From an uncultured Pseudomonadota bacterium (lineage in GTDB: Bacteria > Oederibacteriota > Muellerivitia > Muellerivitales > Muellerivitaceae), in the NCBI GenBank assembly GCA_963770835.1, contig CAVYRH010000019.1, forward strand, positions 352,001 through 416,000: DNA of 64,000 nucleotides, in the 5' to 3' direction. Below, one piece after another: positions 10,366 through 20,163 of the stretch. Each line of letters opens with the position of its first letter. Positions within the stretch are counted from its first letter, which is position 1. Below the pieces are notes generated by a model. The model saw nothing but the letters and a program-made list of their open reading frames with translations. It searched no databases and was not told the origin of the DNA. The position numbers were made by a program, and so were the translations under genes.

Positions 10366-10707
10366 TCAGCCCGGGGGCCAGGTCATGAACCGGCCGCCAA
10401 GGAGATGAAGGTGCAGATGGTAAACGGTTTGGCCGCCGTTGTCCCCGTTGTTAATGACGAGGCGGTAACCTTCCCGAAGGTTCAACTGTTTCGCCACCAG
10501 GATGGCCCGCTCAGTCAGGATAGAAACCAAGTGGTCGCCGGAAGGGATATCCTCGATAGTCTCGATGTGGGCTTTGGGGACGATCAGCACATGGGTGGGC
10601 GCGGCGGGGTGGATGTCGTAAAACGCAAGGACCTGGTCGTCCTCATAAACTTTATTGGAAGGAATCTCCCCGCGAGTGATCTTGCAGAAAACGCAGTGGT
10701 CGCCCAT
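10366..10707 (-). CDS. hinT: Histidine triad nucleotide-binding protein (HINT)
   Basis: CVFCKI, GQTVYHLHLHLLGGR, C-terminal WPPG. Confidence 0.93.
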   Translation of the reverse strand: MGDHCVFCKITRGEIPSNKVYEDDQVLAFYDIHPAAPTHVLIVPKAHIETIEDIPSGDHLVSILTERAILVAKQLNLREGYRLVINNGDNGGQTVYHLHLHLLGGRFMTWPPG

Positions 10708-10801
10708 GAGCCGCCCCCAATTCGCTTGTCAGGTTTTTCCGCCGCCCTTAATATACAACGCTGGCGCCGGATTTTCCGTTTTAAAATCCAGGATAGAAAA
10801 A

Positions 10802-11473
10802 ATGTTTGTCTTAAAAGTCTTGGGGTTCTTCGCGACCAGCTTGTTGGGAGCCTTCTTTTTCGCAGCGCCCAATGCCGGGGCTGAGGGCTTTTCCGTGGAG
10901 GTGATGACCGGCACTGCCTATAACTTCCCCACCCCCCTCACGGTCCATCAGGCCGGTTATCCGGACATCCAGCTGACCGCCCACTATGATACAGAGCCCT
11001 TCGGACCCTACACCCCCTATTACGTTTTTCGGCTGTCGCTTTGGGACCACGACCAGGCCTGGGAGTTCGAACAAGTTCACCACCGGCTTTTCCTGACCAA
11101 TCTCCCACCCGAGATCCAGGATTTTTCCATCCACTACGGCTACACTTATTTCCTCCTGGGCCATGCGTGGAAGATGGGGGATTACATCCTGCATCTGGAC
11201 GCGGGAGCCGTTGTCTCCAGCCCGGAAAACATCGTAAGGGGCCAGCCCTTCCAAACCTACAACAGGGGCCTCTTGGACTCGGGCTATTATCTTTCGGGCC
11301 TGGGGGCCCAAGTCGCGGTCAGTCGCAACTTCGAGGTCTGGAAATCCGTTTTTGTCCTGGCGGACGTAGGTTTGATCGGGGGCTGGGCTTGGTGGGTGCC
11401 CATTTCCAACGGTTCAGCGGATGTCCCCACCTTGGGGCTCCACTTCCACTTCGGGACGGGCATTGGCTTTTAA
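10802..11473 (+). CDS. Hypothetical outer-membrane beta-barrel protein
   Basis: Signal peptide (MFVLKVLGFF...NAGA), alternating beta-strand pattern, C-terminal GTGIGF aromatic signal. Confidence 0.65.
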   Translation: MFVLKVLGFFATSLLGAFFFAAPNAGAEGFSVEVMTGTAYNFPTPLTVHQAGYPDIQLTAHYDTEPFGPYTPYYVFRLSLWDHDQAWEFEQVHHRLFLTNLPPEIQDFSIHYGYTYFLLGHAWKMGDYILHLDAGAVVSSPENIVRGQPFQTYNRGLLDSGYYLSGLGAQVAVSRNFEVWKSVFVLADVGLIGGWAWWVPISNGSADVPTLGLHFHFGTGIGF

Positions 11474-12087
11474 TCTTTGAACAGGTAAACCGCCATGTCT
11501 TCGGCCAGGTAACCCGTCACGATTTTGTATTTTCCACCGGACCAGTGCCCCGCTTTGCGCTCCAGTTCCTCGGGAGTCGTGTAAAAAAGGTCGCTGTCCA
11601 GCCATCCGGTTTCACGGTTGAGCATGGTAAAGGCCATGCCTTTCCGGGCACAGGAGAAAGCCCGCGCCACCATGTTTTCGATCCAGGCCCAGTTGTCCTT
11701 GATCTTGTGGTTGAAAACACCGTTCACGAAAACATAGTCCCATTTTTCCGACGGCTGGGTTTGAAGGACATCGCGTTTTTCAAACCGGGCTTCGGGAAAC
11801 CGGGCGCGGGCGCCTTTCACCATGAAATCAAGGATATCGAACCCGGTATATTCCCCCCGCCATCCTTTCCCCTTGAGGTAACCGTAGAGGCAGCCCAAGC
11901 CACAGCCCAGGTCGAGGATGCTCTTGTCTTGAAGGTCACCAATTCCCGCTAAAGCCTGGAACCGCAGTTCCTGGTTCCGCCGGGACCTCCAGCCTGCCTT
12001 GTTTTCGGGGAGGTCGTAATTTCGCGAGCGCAGCCAGTAGAAGAGGTAGATATAAAGTTTATCGTAAAGGCTGGGGGAACCGGCCAA
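11470..12087 (-). CDS. Class I SAM-dependent methyltransferase
   Basis: ILDLGCGLG motif I; YTGFDI; WDYVFVNGVFN. Confidence 0.85.
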   Translation of the reverse strand: MAGSPSLYDKLYIYLFYWLRSRNYDLPENKAGWRSRRNQELRFQALAGIGDLQDKSILDLGCGLGCLYGYLKGKGWRGEYTGFDILDFMVKGARARFPEARFEKRDVLQTQPSEKWDYVFVNGVFNHKIKDNWAWIENMVARAFSCARKGMAFTMLNRETGWLDSDLFYTTPEELERKAGHWSGGKYKIVTGYLAEDMAVYLFKD

Positions 12088-12090
12088 GGG

Positions 12091-13404
12091 CTAAACCCAC
12101 TCGGCCAAGGCGGCATCTTGCCGGACGCCCGTGACTTCGACATGGGCTTCCTTGCCGAGCCAGCCTTCCCTCTGGGGGAAAACCACCCGTAAACCCTCGT
12201 CACTCAACCCGGCCTGTTGGCCGACGCTATGCCGTTCTACGATAACCCGGAATTTCAACCCCTGGGCCCTTTGGGCGGAGCGAACCAGGCATTCTTTTTT
12301 CAAATACCGCAACCGGTCCATGCGCTGCCGGATAATGAAGGGATGAACCTTGGGGATTATTTTTTCGCCCGGGGTATTGGGGCGGTCTGAGTAAGGGAAG
12401 GGATGGAAGTCCACAAAACCAAATTCACGGATCCTGTCGATCGTGTTTTCGAAAGCCTCATCCGTCTCACCCGGGAAGCCGGCGATGATATCGGAAGTCA
12501 GGCCGACCTGAGGCGCCGCTTTTCGGATCTTTTCAACCGTTTCGCGATAATGACCCAAGGTATAGGGCCGCCGCATGGCTTTCAATACTCCTTCGTCCCC
12601 GCTTTGAAGGGGCAGGTGCAGGTGCGCGCAAAGCCCCGACCCCGCCTGCCAAAGGGGTAAAAGCGCGTCCTCAAAATCCGCCACGGCGTAGGACGACAGG
12701 CGCACCCGCCGGATGCCGGGGACAACCAACAGCTTCTCGATCACCGGTGCCAGCCGGGGTTCGCCGGCTTTGAGTCCCCAATCCCTTCCATAGGAAGAAA
12801 GCTGGATCCCGGCCAAAACCAGTTCCTTGACCCCGTTTTGGGCGAGCCTTTTACCTTCCGCCACGATTTCCAACCCAGGCCGCGAAACCATTTCACCCCG
12901 TACCCGCGGGATGAGGCAAAAGGAACAGCCGAAGTTGCAGCCGTCTTGGACCTTGATCGTCGCCCTTTGGTGGCCGTCAAACCGGGAAATGCCGCCGCCC
13001 CAAGGGCCGGCGGATTCCAGCAAGTCCTCGGTGACGGGGCCCAAGGGTTCATATTGAGAAAAGATCTTTTTTAAAAGGAGGGATTTTTCGGTGTTGCCGA
13101 CCACCAAATTTACGCCCGGTAAACCCGCTACTTCCTCCGGTCGGTCCTGGGCCAGGCAGCCCGTCACCACGACAAAGGAATCGGGGTTCTTGGCCTTGGC
13201 CCGCCTCACCAGCATCTTGCCTTCGGCGTCCGCGGCGGAAGTCACGGTGCAGGTGTTGATCACGTAAATATCCGCTGGTTCCTCGAAAGGAACGGCTTGG
13301 AGGGAGGCCTTTTCCACCTGTTCCTTCATGGCCTGGGTGTCATATTGGTTGACCCGGCATCCCAACGTCGTGAAAGCGATGCGAGTCTTGGTTTCGGGCT
13401 TCAT
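12091..13404 (-). CDS. mtaB: tRNA t6A37 methylthiotransferase MtaB
   Basis: TLGCRVNQYDT, INTCTVT, radical SAM CNFGCSFC, HPFPYSDRPNT; synteny with hit-rpsU. Confidence 0.92.
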   Translation of the reverse strand: MKPETKTRIAFTTLGCRVNQYDTQAMKEQVEKASLQAVPFEEPADIYVINTCTVTSAADAEGKMLVRRAKAKNPDSFVVVTGCLAQDRPEEVAGLPGVNLVVGNTEKSLLLKKIFSQYEPLGPVTEDLLESAGPWGGGISRFDGHQRATIKVQDGCNFGCSFCLIPRVRGEMVSRPGLEIVAEGKRLAQNGVKELVLAGIQLSSYGRDWGLKAGEPRLAPVIEKLLVVPGIRRVRLSSYAVADFEDALLPLWQAGSGLCAHLHLPLQSGDEGVLKAMRRPYTLGHYRETVEKIRKAAPQVGLTSDIIAGFPGETDEAFENTIDRIREFGFVDFHPFPYSDRPNTPGEKIIPKVHPFIIRQRMDRLRYLKKECLVRSAQRAQGLKFRVIVERHSVGQQAGLSDEGLRVVFPQREGWLGKEAHVEVTGVRQDAALAEWV

Positions 13405-13414
13405 TTAGGAAAAC

Positions 13415-14539
13415 TCAATTCAACCCATCCTTCGGGGAAGCGGTTTGTTTGCGCTGGAGATCCACCCCCACATCGAAAGGCACGTAGGCCTCGATGCGGA
13501 AGGAATTGGCCCAGGAGGAATCGATCCAATGGGAGCGCAGCTCGAAGTCGAAGGTGACACCGTTCTCGATTTCGACGAACCGGCGGAACCCCAGCTCCTC
13601 GTAAGTGCGGTTGGGCTCGTAATAAACCCCGTCCGTGCCCAGGGAATTATAGTTGGAATCCCCTTCCTCCGACATGTAGTCCCAGCCGAACCAGGAAATG
13701 CCGAAAAGTTGCCAACCATCAATGGGCGTAACGATGAGCTTGGAGTAAACGCCTTCGCCGTAGGTAGGCCCCGGATAATCGGGTCGGTTGGTGTCTTTGC
13801 TTCCCAGTCCCAACAGCTCCAGGGAACTGGAACCTAGAACTGGAAGGTGGGGTTTGAAGGCTAGCCCCAAACCCGCCACTAGGTTGTTGCGCACAATGCC
13901 GTCGTAGGCGGCCCCCCCCACGTGGTAGCCGTGGTATTGGCCTTCCACGATAAGGTCAGGAACCAGCGGCAACTGGCCCGAGCCCCCGTAGTCGAAGATT
14001 TCCCGGTCCGCCGCCGTTAACAACTGCTGCCAATTCAGGAATGTATCAAATTGGATGGGATCATCCTTTTCCACCCACTCCAGGCCGTATTCAATGGGGC
14101 GGTTTAGTTCCAGGGTGGTGACCTCCATAGGTTCGATCAACCCGTGCCGGTAAACCGGCTGAAGCGTGCCGAAGATAAACTGGGAACCGCCCGAGTGGTA
14201 CACGAAGGAAAGAACGGGCTGGATGCCGGTGGTCACGGCTTGGGCGGCCCGGTGGTCGGCGAAAACCCCCGCCCAAAGGTCCGCGTGTTCCCCGGCCGAG
14301 GCGTCCAGGTAGCTCTCGAATTGCTGCCCGAGGATGGTCTCCCGCACACGGAAGGGCTCGAAAAATTCGGTGTTATCCCCGTAAAAAGTGAATTGGTTTT
14401 TCCAAACGGTTTCGCCCTTCCCCACCGTGGGTGCCAGAGCCGTATGGCACATCCAATCCGGATCTTCTTGGGCCAAAACCGCAGTGCAAACCGCCCATAC
14501 CGCCAAAACCGGCCAAATGGTCCGAAATTTATTTTTCAC
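13415..14539 (-). CDS. Hypothetical outer-membrane protein (paralogue A)
   Basis: Likely GTG start at 14539 with a signal peptide; shares many motifs with the adjacent gene (TFYGD, RHGxxEPxEV, FLNWQQ, QYHGYH, NRTY). Confidence 0.7.
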   Translation of the reverse strand: MKNKFRTIWPVLAVWAVCTAVLAQEDPDWMCHTALAPTVGKGETVWKNQFTFYGDNTEFFEPFRVRETILGQQFESYLDASAGEHADLWAGVFADHRAAQAVTTGIQPVLSFVYHSGGSQFIFGTLQPVYRHGLIEPMEVTTLELNRPIEYGLEWVEKDDPIQFDTFLNWQQLLTAADREIFDYGGSGQLPLVPDLIVEGQYHGYHVGGAAYDGIVRNNLVAGLGLAFKPHLPVLGSSSLELLGLGSKDTNRPDYPGPTYGEGVYSKLIVTPIDGWQLFGISWFGWDYMSEEGDSNYNSLGTDGVYYEPNRTYEELGFRRFVEIENGVTFDFELRSHWIDSSWANSFRIEAYVPFDVGVDLQRKQTASPKDGLN

Positions 14540-15596
14540 TGGAGACCTTTCTTTGAACCGGGACTTCAACACCAAAGGAAGCCCTCGCTAAAATCCTGCC
14601 GGAGTAATCCCATTGGCCGTCAACACAACTGGCCCGGATTTCCGCCTCCAGGTTCGTATTGTTGTCGCCCGCCATGACCTTTCGTAGGCCGATTTCCCCA
14701 TAAGTCCGGTTGGACTGGTAAAAGTTAGGGTCGAGTCCCTGGGAATTATAATTGCCGTCCCCTTCCCAGGAATAAAAGTCCTGAGCGAACCAGAGGATTC
14801 CATACAACTGGGCGATATTCCAGGGGGTGACCGAACCCTTGAGGTAAAGCCCCTCCCCCCATTGGGACTGCGTGACCTGGAGGAAAGGACCCTGCAAATT
14901 GCCGCTCATGACCCCGAAGGCCGAAAGCGCGCTGTCCCCCAGGAAATCAAGCAGGGCATGAAACCGGATCCCCAGGGCCGGGACGTAGTTATTAACCACC
15001 CCAACGTAGAAAAGCTTTCCACCCTGGTGGTATCCGTGGTACTGCAATTCCGCATCCACCGATTCTCCGAGGGAAACCCGGGAAACACCCCCGTAGTCGA
15101 AAATTTCCGGGTTGCCCGGCGTATTGATCTGCTGCCAGTTGAGGAATAAGTCCGAAGTGAACCAGCCGTCCGCCTCTTCCCATTGCAGGCCGTATTCGAT
15201 AGGCCGGGTGATTTCCAGCGTTTCCACCTCCAGGGGTTCTAGGAACCCATGACGGTCTCGGGTTTCCAAAGTGCCGAAAATCATTCGGGTGGTGGGGGTG
15301 AAATATTTGAAGGAGAGGACCGGCAGGACGTTCACCACCATACCGTTCACTGCGCTGGGGTGGTCGAAAAAGACCCCCGCCTCCAGGCTCGTGCGGCCGC
15401 CAGTGGGGGCTTCGAAGGCGCTTTGAAACTGCTGGCCGAAAAGAGTTTGCTCCGAACGGTAAGAACCGTCAAATCCCTCTTCATCGCCGTAGAAGGTGAG
15501 TTGGGTTTGAAGGACCACTGGTTCAGCCCAGGCCAGGGCTCCCGCAAGCAACCCTGCGGCTGTCAAAAGGATTAATTTAACGAAACAAGAACGCAT
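14529..15596 (-). CDS. Hypothetical outer-membrane protein (paralogue B)
   Basis: Signal peptide ending AWA; aromatic-rich beta pattern; paralogous to 13415-14539. Confidence 0.7.
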   Translation of the reverse strand: MRSCFVKLILLTAAGLLAGALAWAEPVVLQTQLTFYGDEEGFDGSYRSEQTLFGQQFQSAFEAPTGGRTSLEAGVFFDHPSAVNGMVVNVLPVLSFKYFTPTTRMIFGTLETRDRHGFLEPLEVETLEITRPIEYGLQWEEADGWFTSDLFLNWQQINTPGNPEIFDYGGVSRVSLGESVDAELQYHGYHQGGKLFYVGVVNNYVPALGIRFHALLDFLGDSALSAFGVMSGNLQGPFLQVTQSQWGEGLYLKGSVTPWNIAQLYGILWFAQDFYSWEGDGNYNSQGLDPNFYQSNRTYGEIGLRKVMAGDNNTNLEAEIRASCVDGQWDYSGRILARASFGVEVPVQRKVSSEK

Positions 15597-15610
15597 GGCC
15601 GGCCTGGATC

Positions 15611-15641
15611 AAAAATAAAAACGGGCCCGAAGGGGCCCGTT
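15611..15641 (-). terminator. Intrinsic terminator
   Basis: Minus strand AACGGGCCCC-TTCG-GGCCCGTT followed by a T-rich tail (UUCG loop). Confidence 0.85.
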
Positions 15642-15666
15642 GGGTAAGTTCAAGCAATGAGGTGTT

Positions 15667-17169
15667 TTAGAACGCGAAGGTCAGGTTAAACCCACCCTCC
15701 AACCCGCTGAAATCCAGGGTCAAAGGCGTCGTGGAAGCGCCGTTTGGAATATTCGTATAAGGCGTGCCGCCAATCATGACATTTTCCCCCGGTATTCCAA
15801 CAGCTCCATTCTTCGTATTGATCTGCAAGGTGCTCCCGCCACTTTGGAAGTTTGTTGCGCTTAAATAACGGTAACCAATATAAGGCCCAAATGCGATACC
15901 TTTGCCCAGGGAGAAATCGGCGCCCAAAATAGCCTGTCCGTTAAAAGCCACGGTGCTGTAACTTCCAGTACTGGGATCGGTTCCCAACACATTAGTTCCT
16001 GCGGAATCATAGTAAATTTTCGAAAAAGAGATGCTGATGGGGGAAAGCCCACCGGCCAATCCAAGGTAACCTTTGGACTTGTCATCCCCAAAGAGAAGCT
16101 TGATCCCCAAGTCAGCCGTGATGATGGAGGTATTAAAAGTGTATTTCCAGACATCCGCACTCGCGAATTGGCCCGAACCATCAGGAACAGCATCGGTTTG
16201 GTTCAAGTCATAAGTCGTATAAGACAAATTCCCTACTGGGAAATAACCGATGGCCAGATTGATCTCGAAATTCTGTCCAAATTGCACGAAAGGCTCCAAC
16301 TCCGGAAAAGCAATTATATTGGGAGTCACTCCGTTCAAGGAAACGGCGCCGTTGCTATTTACATACTGTTTAATCTGGCTGGGGTCGGCGAAAATATACT
16401 CCATTCCGCCCATGACATGGAACCCGAAGGAAACGTCGTTTCCTTTTCCCTTTCCGCCAGTGCTGGCAAGGGCCATTCCGGTATATTTCGCGGCCTGATC
16501 GTCCACCCATTGTTGGTCGTCCGGGGATAGGGACGCCTTGAGACGGTCCGCGTAAGCTTTGATGGAGGCGTTTCCGGATTTTGACGCCGCGATTTCAAAA
16601 TAAAGGGCTCCATCCTTGTTGTCGCCGGCGGCGGCATAAGTGTAGCCTCCATAATAATAGCCTTTGTAACCACTGGGATCCTGCTGGATGGCCGCTTGGA
16701 AATACTTAAGTGCTTCCGCGTATTGTTTCCGTTGTAAGTAGGCGTTGCCATAAGCCAGGTAGGAAGAGGCCGGTGAGGTGGAAGCGGCCCCCACTCCAGG
16801 GGCTGCGCCGCCCCCGTTCACCTGGGCCTGGAGGTTTTGGACAAATTGGGCCAGCTGGGTGTTACCGGGTTGTAAAGCCGAAGACCTCTGGTAAAAAGAC
16901 AAGGCATCTTCTTTCCGTCCCAAAGCGTAATAACAATTCCCCAAGCCCTGGTAGGCGGCGGCGTTATTCGGGTTCACTTTAACGGCGGCGTTATAATACT
17001 GGGCGGCTTGGGCGTAATTGCGGGCGGCGTAATACTGGTTGCCCGCGGCGTAATACTGGTTGTCCGTGGTGCCTTGGGATTTCGCGGGAGCGGGGGCCAA
17101 AAAACTTAAGGCAGCCGCTAAAGTCAACAGCAATCCAACGGTTTTCATCCCTCGCATCGCCGCCTCCAA
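15667..17169 (-). CDS. TPR-repeat protein with C-terminal outer-membrane beta-barrel
   Basis: Signal peptide, two TPR clusters (AAQYYNAAVKVNPNNAAAYQGLGNCY; ALKYFQAAIQQDP), beta-rich C-terminal half ending FNLTFAF. Confidence 0.75.
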   Translation of the reverse strand: MEAAMRGMKTVGLLLTLAAALSFLAPAPAKSQGTTDNQYYAAGNQYYAARNYAQAAQYYNAAVKVNPNNAAAYQGLGNCYYALGRKEDALSFYQRSSALQPGNTQLAQFVQNLQAQVNGGGAAPGVGAASTSPASSYLAYGNAYLQRKQYAEALKYFQAAIQQDPSGYKGYYYGGYTYAAAGDNKDGALYFEIAASKSGNASIKAYADRLKASLSPDDQQWVDDQAAKYTGMALASTGGKGKGNDVSFGFHVMGGMEYIFADPSQIKQYVNSNGAVSLNGVTPNIIAFPELEPFVQFGQNFEINLAIGYFPVGNLSYTTYDLNQTDAVPDGSGQFASADVWKYTFNTSIITADLGIKLLFGDDKSKGYLGLAGGLSPISISFSKIYYDSAGTNVLGTDPSTGSYSTVAFNGQAILGADFSLGKGIAFGPYIGYRYLSATNFQSGGSTLQINTKNGAVGIPGENVMIGGTPYTNIPNGASTTPLTLDFSGLEGGFNLTFAF

Positions 17170-17334
17170 AAAATCTTAGGTTGATTCTGATTTTGAAACG
17201 TTTTAAAGCCGGTAAGCATCAGACATTATAAAGTTTTAAAAAAACCCGTCTAGAAAAATGATTCGGTTAAAACCCGGGTTCTTCGGAAGGTTTTTCCCGA
17301 ATTCAAGCGTTCAAACAGATCGCCGTGGCGGGAC

Positions 17335-18540
17335 TCAAGAAGACGCTGGGATCGAGACAACGGCCTCCACCTCCCGGGCCCCTTCCTGGGGTTCGTTAAC
17401 GTAAACTTGCGATGAAATATTGACTTGTTTTTTGTATTCTCCCCTCACGCGGTCCACGAAAGCCCCTGTTTCCGCCGCTTTCACCAGGCAAACCACCGAA
17501 CCGCCCCAGCCGATGCCCATCATGCGGGAACCCATGCAACCCGGCTGGCCCCGGACCACGCGGGTCAGGATATCCACCTCTTGGCAGGTGGCCTTCAATT
17601 TGTCGGCCAACGAGTCGTGGGATTCGCTTAAAAGCCGCCCGAAGCCCTCGTAGTCTCCTTTCACGAGCAGGTCCTTGGCCTTTTTCACGCGCTGGTTCTC
17701 GTACACGACATGGTCCAGCCGCTTACGGAGGATGATGTCGATGTTCTTACGGGCCGTCTCATAGGCTTCGCCGCCCACATCCCGGAGCGAAATAACCTTG
17801 GGGACATATTTCCGGATTTCCGTTAAAAGCTGGGCGAAAAGATCCAACCGTTTTTTGAATTCCTCCTCCCGCTCCTTTTTGCGGACGCCGCTGTCCACCG
17901 TCACCAGTTTGTAATTTTGGGAATCGAAAGGCATGTAGTCGGGCTTGAAGGTACGGGCATCGAAGATGACCAGCTGGTCCTTTTTGGCGAACTTGGCGGC
18001 ATAGGGGGAAAAATGGTCGCCCCGCAGGGACATGAATTGACTTTCCACGCGCTGGCAGAGTTTGACCAGCGTCGCGTCGTCCAGTGGATGGGTGCCCAGG
18101 ATATTGCAGGCCGCCGCCGTGGCCGCCGTAATGGCCGCCGAAGTTCCCAACCCCACCCCCTCGGGCATATCGCCGGCCACCACCATCTGGACACCCTCCA
18201 ACTTGCGGCCCGTGCGTTCGTAAAAATAAAGGACGCCCTTGGGATAGTTGGCCCATCCATCGGCTCGGTCGAACTTCAAGGTGGTCAGGGAAACTTTTAT
18301 TTTCTCGTCATAAGTCAGGGAATGGATGAAGGCCATCTTGTCGCTCCGCCTTTGGGCCGCCACCACCACCGAGTGGTTTCCACCCGCCAAAAGGCTGAAG
18401 CCATCCACCGCTTCGGTATATTCGCCCCCCAAAAGGGTCAGGCGGCTAGGCGCCACTACGAAGGTGATTTTCCGCCCTGAATCCCCAAACTGGTGGATAT
18501 AAGTCGCGTGGGCTTTTTTGATGAGATCCTCAAGTGGCAT
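17335..18540 (-). CDS. Galactokinase-like GHMP kinase with divergent active site
   Basis: WANYPKGV, PEGVGLGTSAA, HVVYENQRV, FGRLLSESHDSL, GSRMMGIGWGG; start MPLEDL at 18540 with a GGAGG RBS. Confidence 0.8.
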   Translation of the reverse strand: MPLEDLIKKAHATYIHQFGDSGRKITFVVAPSRLTLLGGEYTEAVDGFSLLAGGNHSVVVAAQRRSDKMAFIHSLTYDEKIKVSLTTLKFDRADGWANYPKGVLYFYERTGRKLEGVQMVVAGDMPEGVGLGTSAAITAATAAACNILGTHPLDDATLVKLCQRVESQFMSLRGDHFSPYAAKFAKKDQLVIFDARTFKPDYMPFDSQNYKLVTVDSGVRKKEREEEFKKRLDLFAQLLTEIRKYVPKVISLRDVGGEAYETARKNIDIILRKRLDHVVYENQRVKKAKDLLVKGDYEGFGRLLSESHDSLADKLKATCQEVDILTRVVRGQPGCMGSRMMGIGWGGSVVCLVKAAETGAFVDRVRGEYKKQVNISSQVYVNEPQEGAREVEAVVSIPASS

Positions 18541-18554
18541 AAATCCTCCGGGTG

Positions 18555-19376
18555 TTATTTCTGGTCCAACAAAAAGAGGTGGTAAAGGTAATAAAACAAG
18601 ATGGGGGCGTTGAAGAGCAAGCTGTCGATCCGGTCGAACACCCCGCCGTGGCCCGGGAGCAGGGACCCTGAATCCTTGGCGGAAAGGCTGCGTTTGATGA
18701 TGGATTCTACCAGATCGCCCAGTTGGCCGAACAAGGAAAGAAGGGCCGAAAGCGCCAGGACGTCCACCGGGGAAAATTCCTGGGCGAAAAACGGAACCGT
18801 CTTCCACAGCAGGAAAAGACTTGCAACAACCAGCGTAAACCCGCCGATACAGCCTTCCACGGATTTTTTGGGGGAAGCGAGCGGCGCGAAGTGGTGCCGG
18901 CCCCACCAGCGGCCCGCGAAGTAACCGCCCGTGTCATAAGCCCAGGTGGCGGTATAAAGCCAAATCAAAGGCCAGTAACCCTGGGGCAAGTCCCGGAGGC
19001 GGAAGAAGTAGCTTCCCAAGACCCCGAAATAGGCCACCCCAAAAAAAGTGGCGCTGACGGAAATCACCATTTCCTTCAAGGGGCGCTGGGACCAGAGAAA
19101 AGAGAGGGTTAAAAGGAAGAGTCCAATCAGGAAAGCATCCTGTCCGGCCCAAAGCAGGGGTTGGACGATCCAGGGCAAAAGCAGGAGGGCGAGGGCCACG
19201 AAGCCTTCCACCCTCAGGACATTCAACTTGTGGGCATCCGCCAGGTTGAAATACTCCCACAAGGCCAATCCCAGTCCGGCAGCAACGGTCAGCTTGAAAG
19301 GCAGGGTCCAACTCCAAAAGGTAATAGCCAGGAGCAATACCATGGCCGGGACGGCGAACAGGACCCTTTTAGTCAT
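18555..19376 (-). CDS. cdsA: Phosphatidate cytidylyltransferase
   Basis: DTGGYFAG, SPKKSVEG, GDLVESIIKR...KDSGSLLPGHGGVFDRIDS; ATGA overlap with uppS. Confidence 0.95.
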   Translation of the reverse strand: MTKRVLFAVPAMVLLLAITFWSWTLPFKLTVAAGLGLALWEYFNLADAHKLNVLRVEGFVALALLLLPWIVQPLLWAGQDAFLIGLFLLTLSFLWSQRPLKEMVISVSATFFGVAYFGVLGSYFFRLRDLPQGYWPLIWLYTATWAYDTGGYFAGRWWGRHHFAPLASPKKSVEGCIGGFTLVVASLFLLWKTVPFFAQEFSPVDVLALSALLSLFGQLGDLVESIIKRSLSAKDSGSLLPGHGGVFDRIDSLLFNAPILFYYLYHLFLLDQK

Positions 19377-20155
19377 TGAACCCATGAGGCCACGCTCCCC
19401 ACGATGCTTTCCACGCCCCCGAACCGCCTTTGGCGGGTCTGGAAGTCCCTCAACGCAGCGATAAAGTGCGGAGTCCGGAAATCCGGCCAAAGGGTCGGGG
19501 TGATGTGAATCTCGGAATAAGCCAGTTCCCAGAGGAGGAAATTGGAAATCCGCATCTCCCCGCTAGTGCGAATGAGGAAATCCACTTCGGGGAAGTTCGC
19601 AGTGGAGAGGAATTGGGTCATGGTTTTTTCCGTGATGGCCGAAGGTTTCAATCGGCCGCCTTTCACTTTTTTCGCGATCTCTCTTGCGGCGCGGGTGATG
19701 TCGGCGCGGCCGCTATAGGACAAGGCCAGGACTAGTTTCAATCCCGTGCAATGGGCCGTCGCTTGGATAGATTTTTTAAGTTCCTCTTGGATCTCACCCG
19801 GTAAATCCACCGTGTTGCCGATGGTCCTCAGTTGGACATTGTTCTCCAAAAGCTCCGCCACTTCGTTTCGAAGGTATTGCTTGAGGAGCTGCATCAGGAG
19901 GGTCACTTCCCGGGGCGGCCGTTTCCAATTTTCGGTGGAAAAGGCATAGAGAGTCAGGGCCTCGATTCCTAATTCCCCGGAAAGCCTCACGATTTCCCGG
20001 ATCGAATGGGCCCCGGCCCGGTGCCCGGCGATACGCGGTAAATGGCGTTTTTTCGCCCAGCGACCGTTGCCGTCCATGATGATGGCGACGTGGCGGGGCA
20101 GGTGGGGTTTCAGCCGGTGACGCTTAAGGAGAGCGGCTTGTTTCGGTGTATCCAA
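19373..20155 (-). CDS. uppS: Undecaprenyl diphosphate synthase
   Basis: HVAIIMDGNGRWA, YAFSTENWKRP, IRTSGEMRISNFLLW. Confidence 0.97.
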   Translation of the reverse strand: MDTPKQAALLKRHRLKPHLPRHVAIIMDGNGRWAKKRHLPRIAGHRAGAHSIREIVRLSGELGIEALTLYAFSTENWKRPPREVTLLMQLLKQYLRNEVAELLENNVQLRTIGNTVDLPGEIQEELKKSIQATAHCTGLKLVLALSYSGRADITRAAREIAKKVKGGRLKPSAITEKTMTQFLSTANFPEVDFLIRTSGEMRISNFLLWELAYSEIHITPTLWPDFRTPHFIAALRDFQTRQRRFGGVESIVGSVASWVQ

Positions 20156-20163
20156 CTCTTTGG

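Noticed and set aside
18541..18906. N-terminal extension of the 523-aa kinase ORF
   Set aside because: It overlaps cdsA; an RBS supports the start at 18540.
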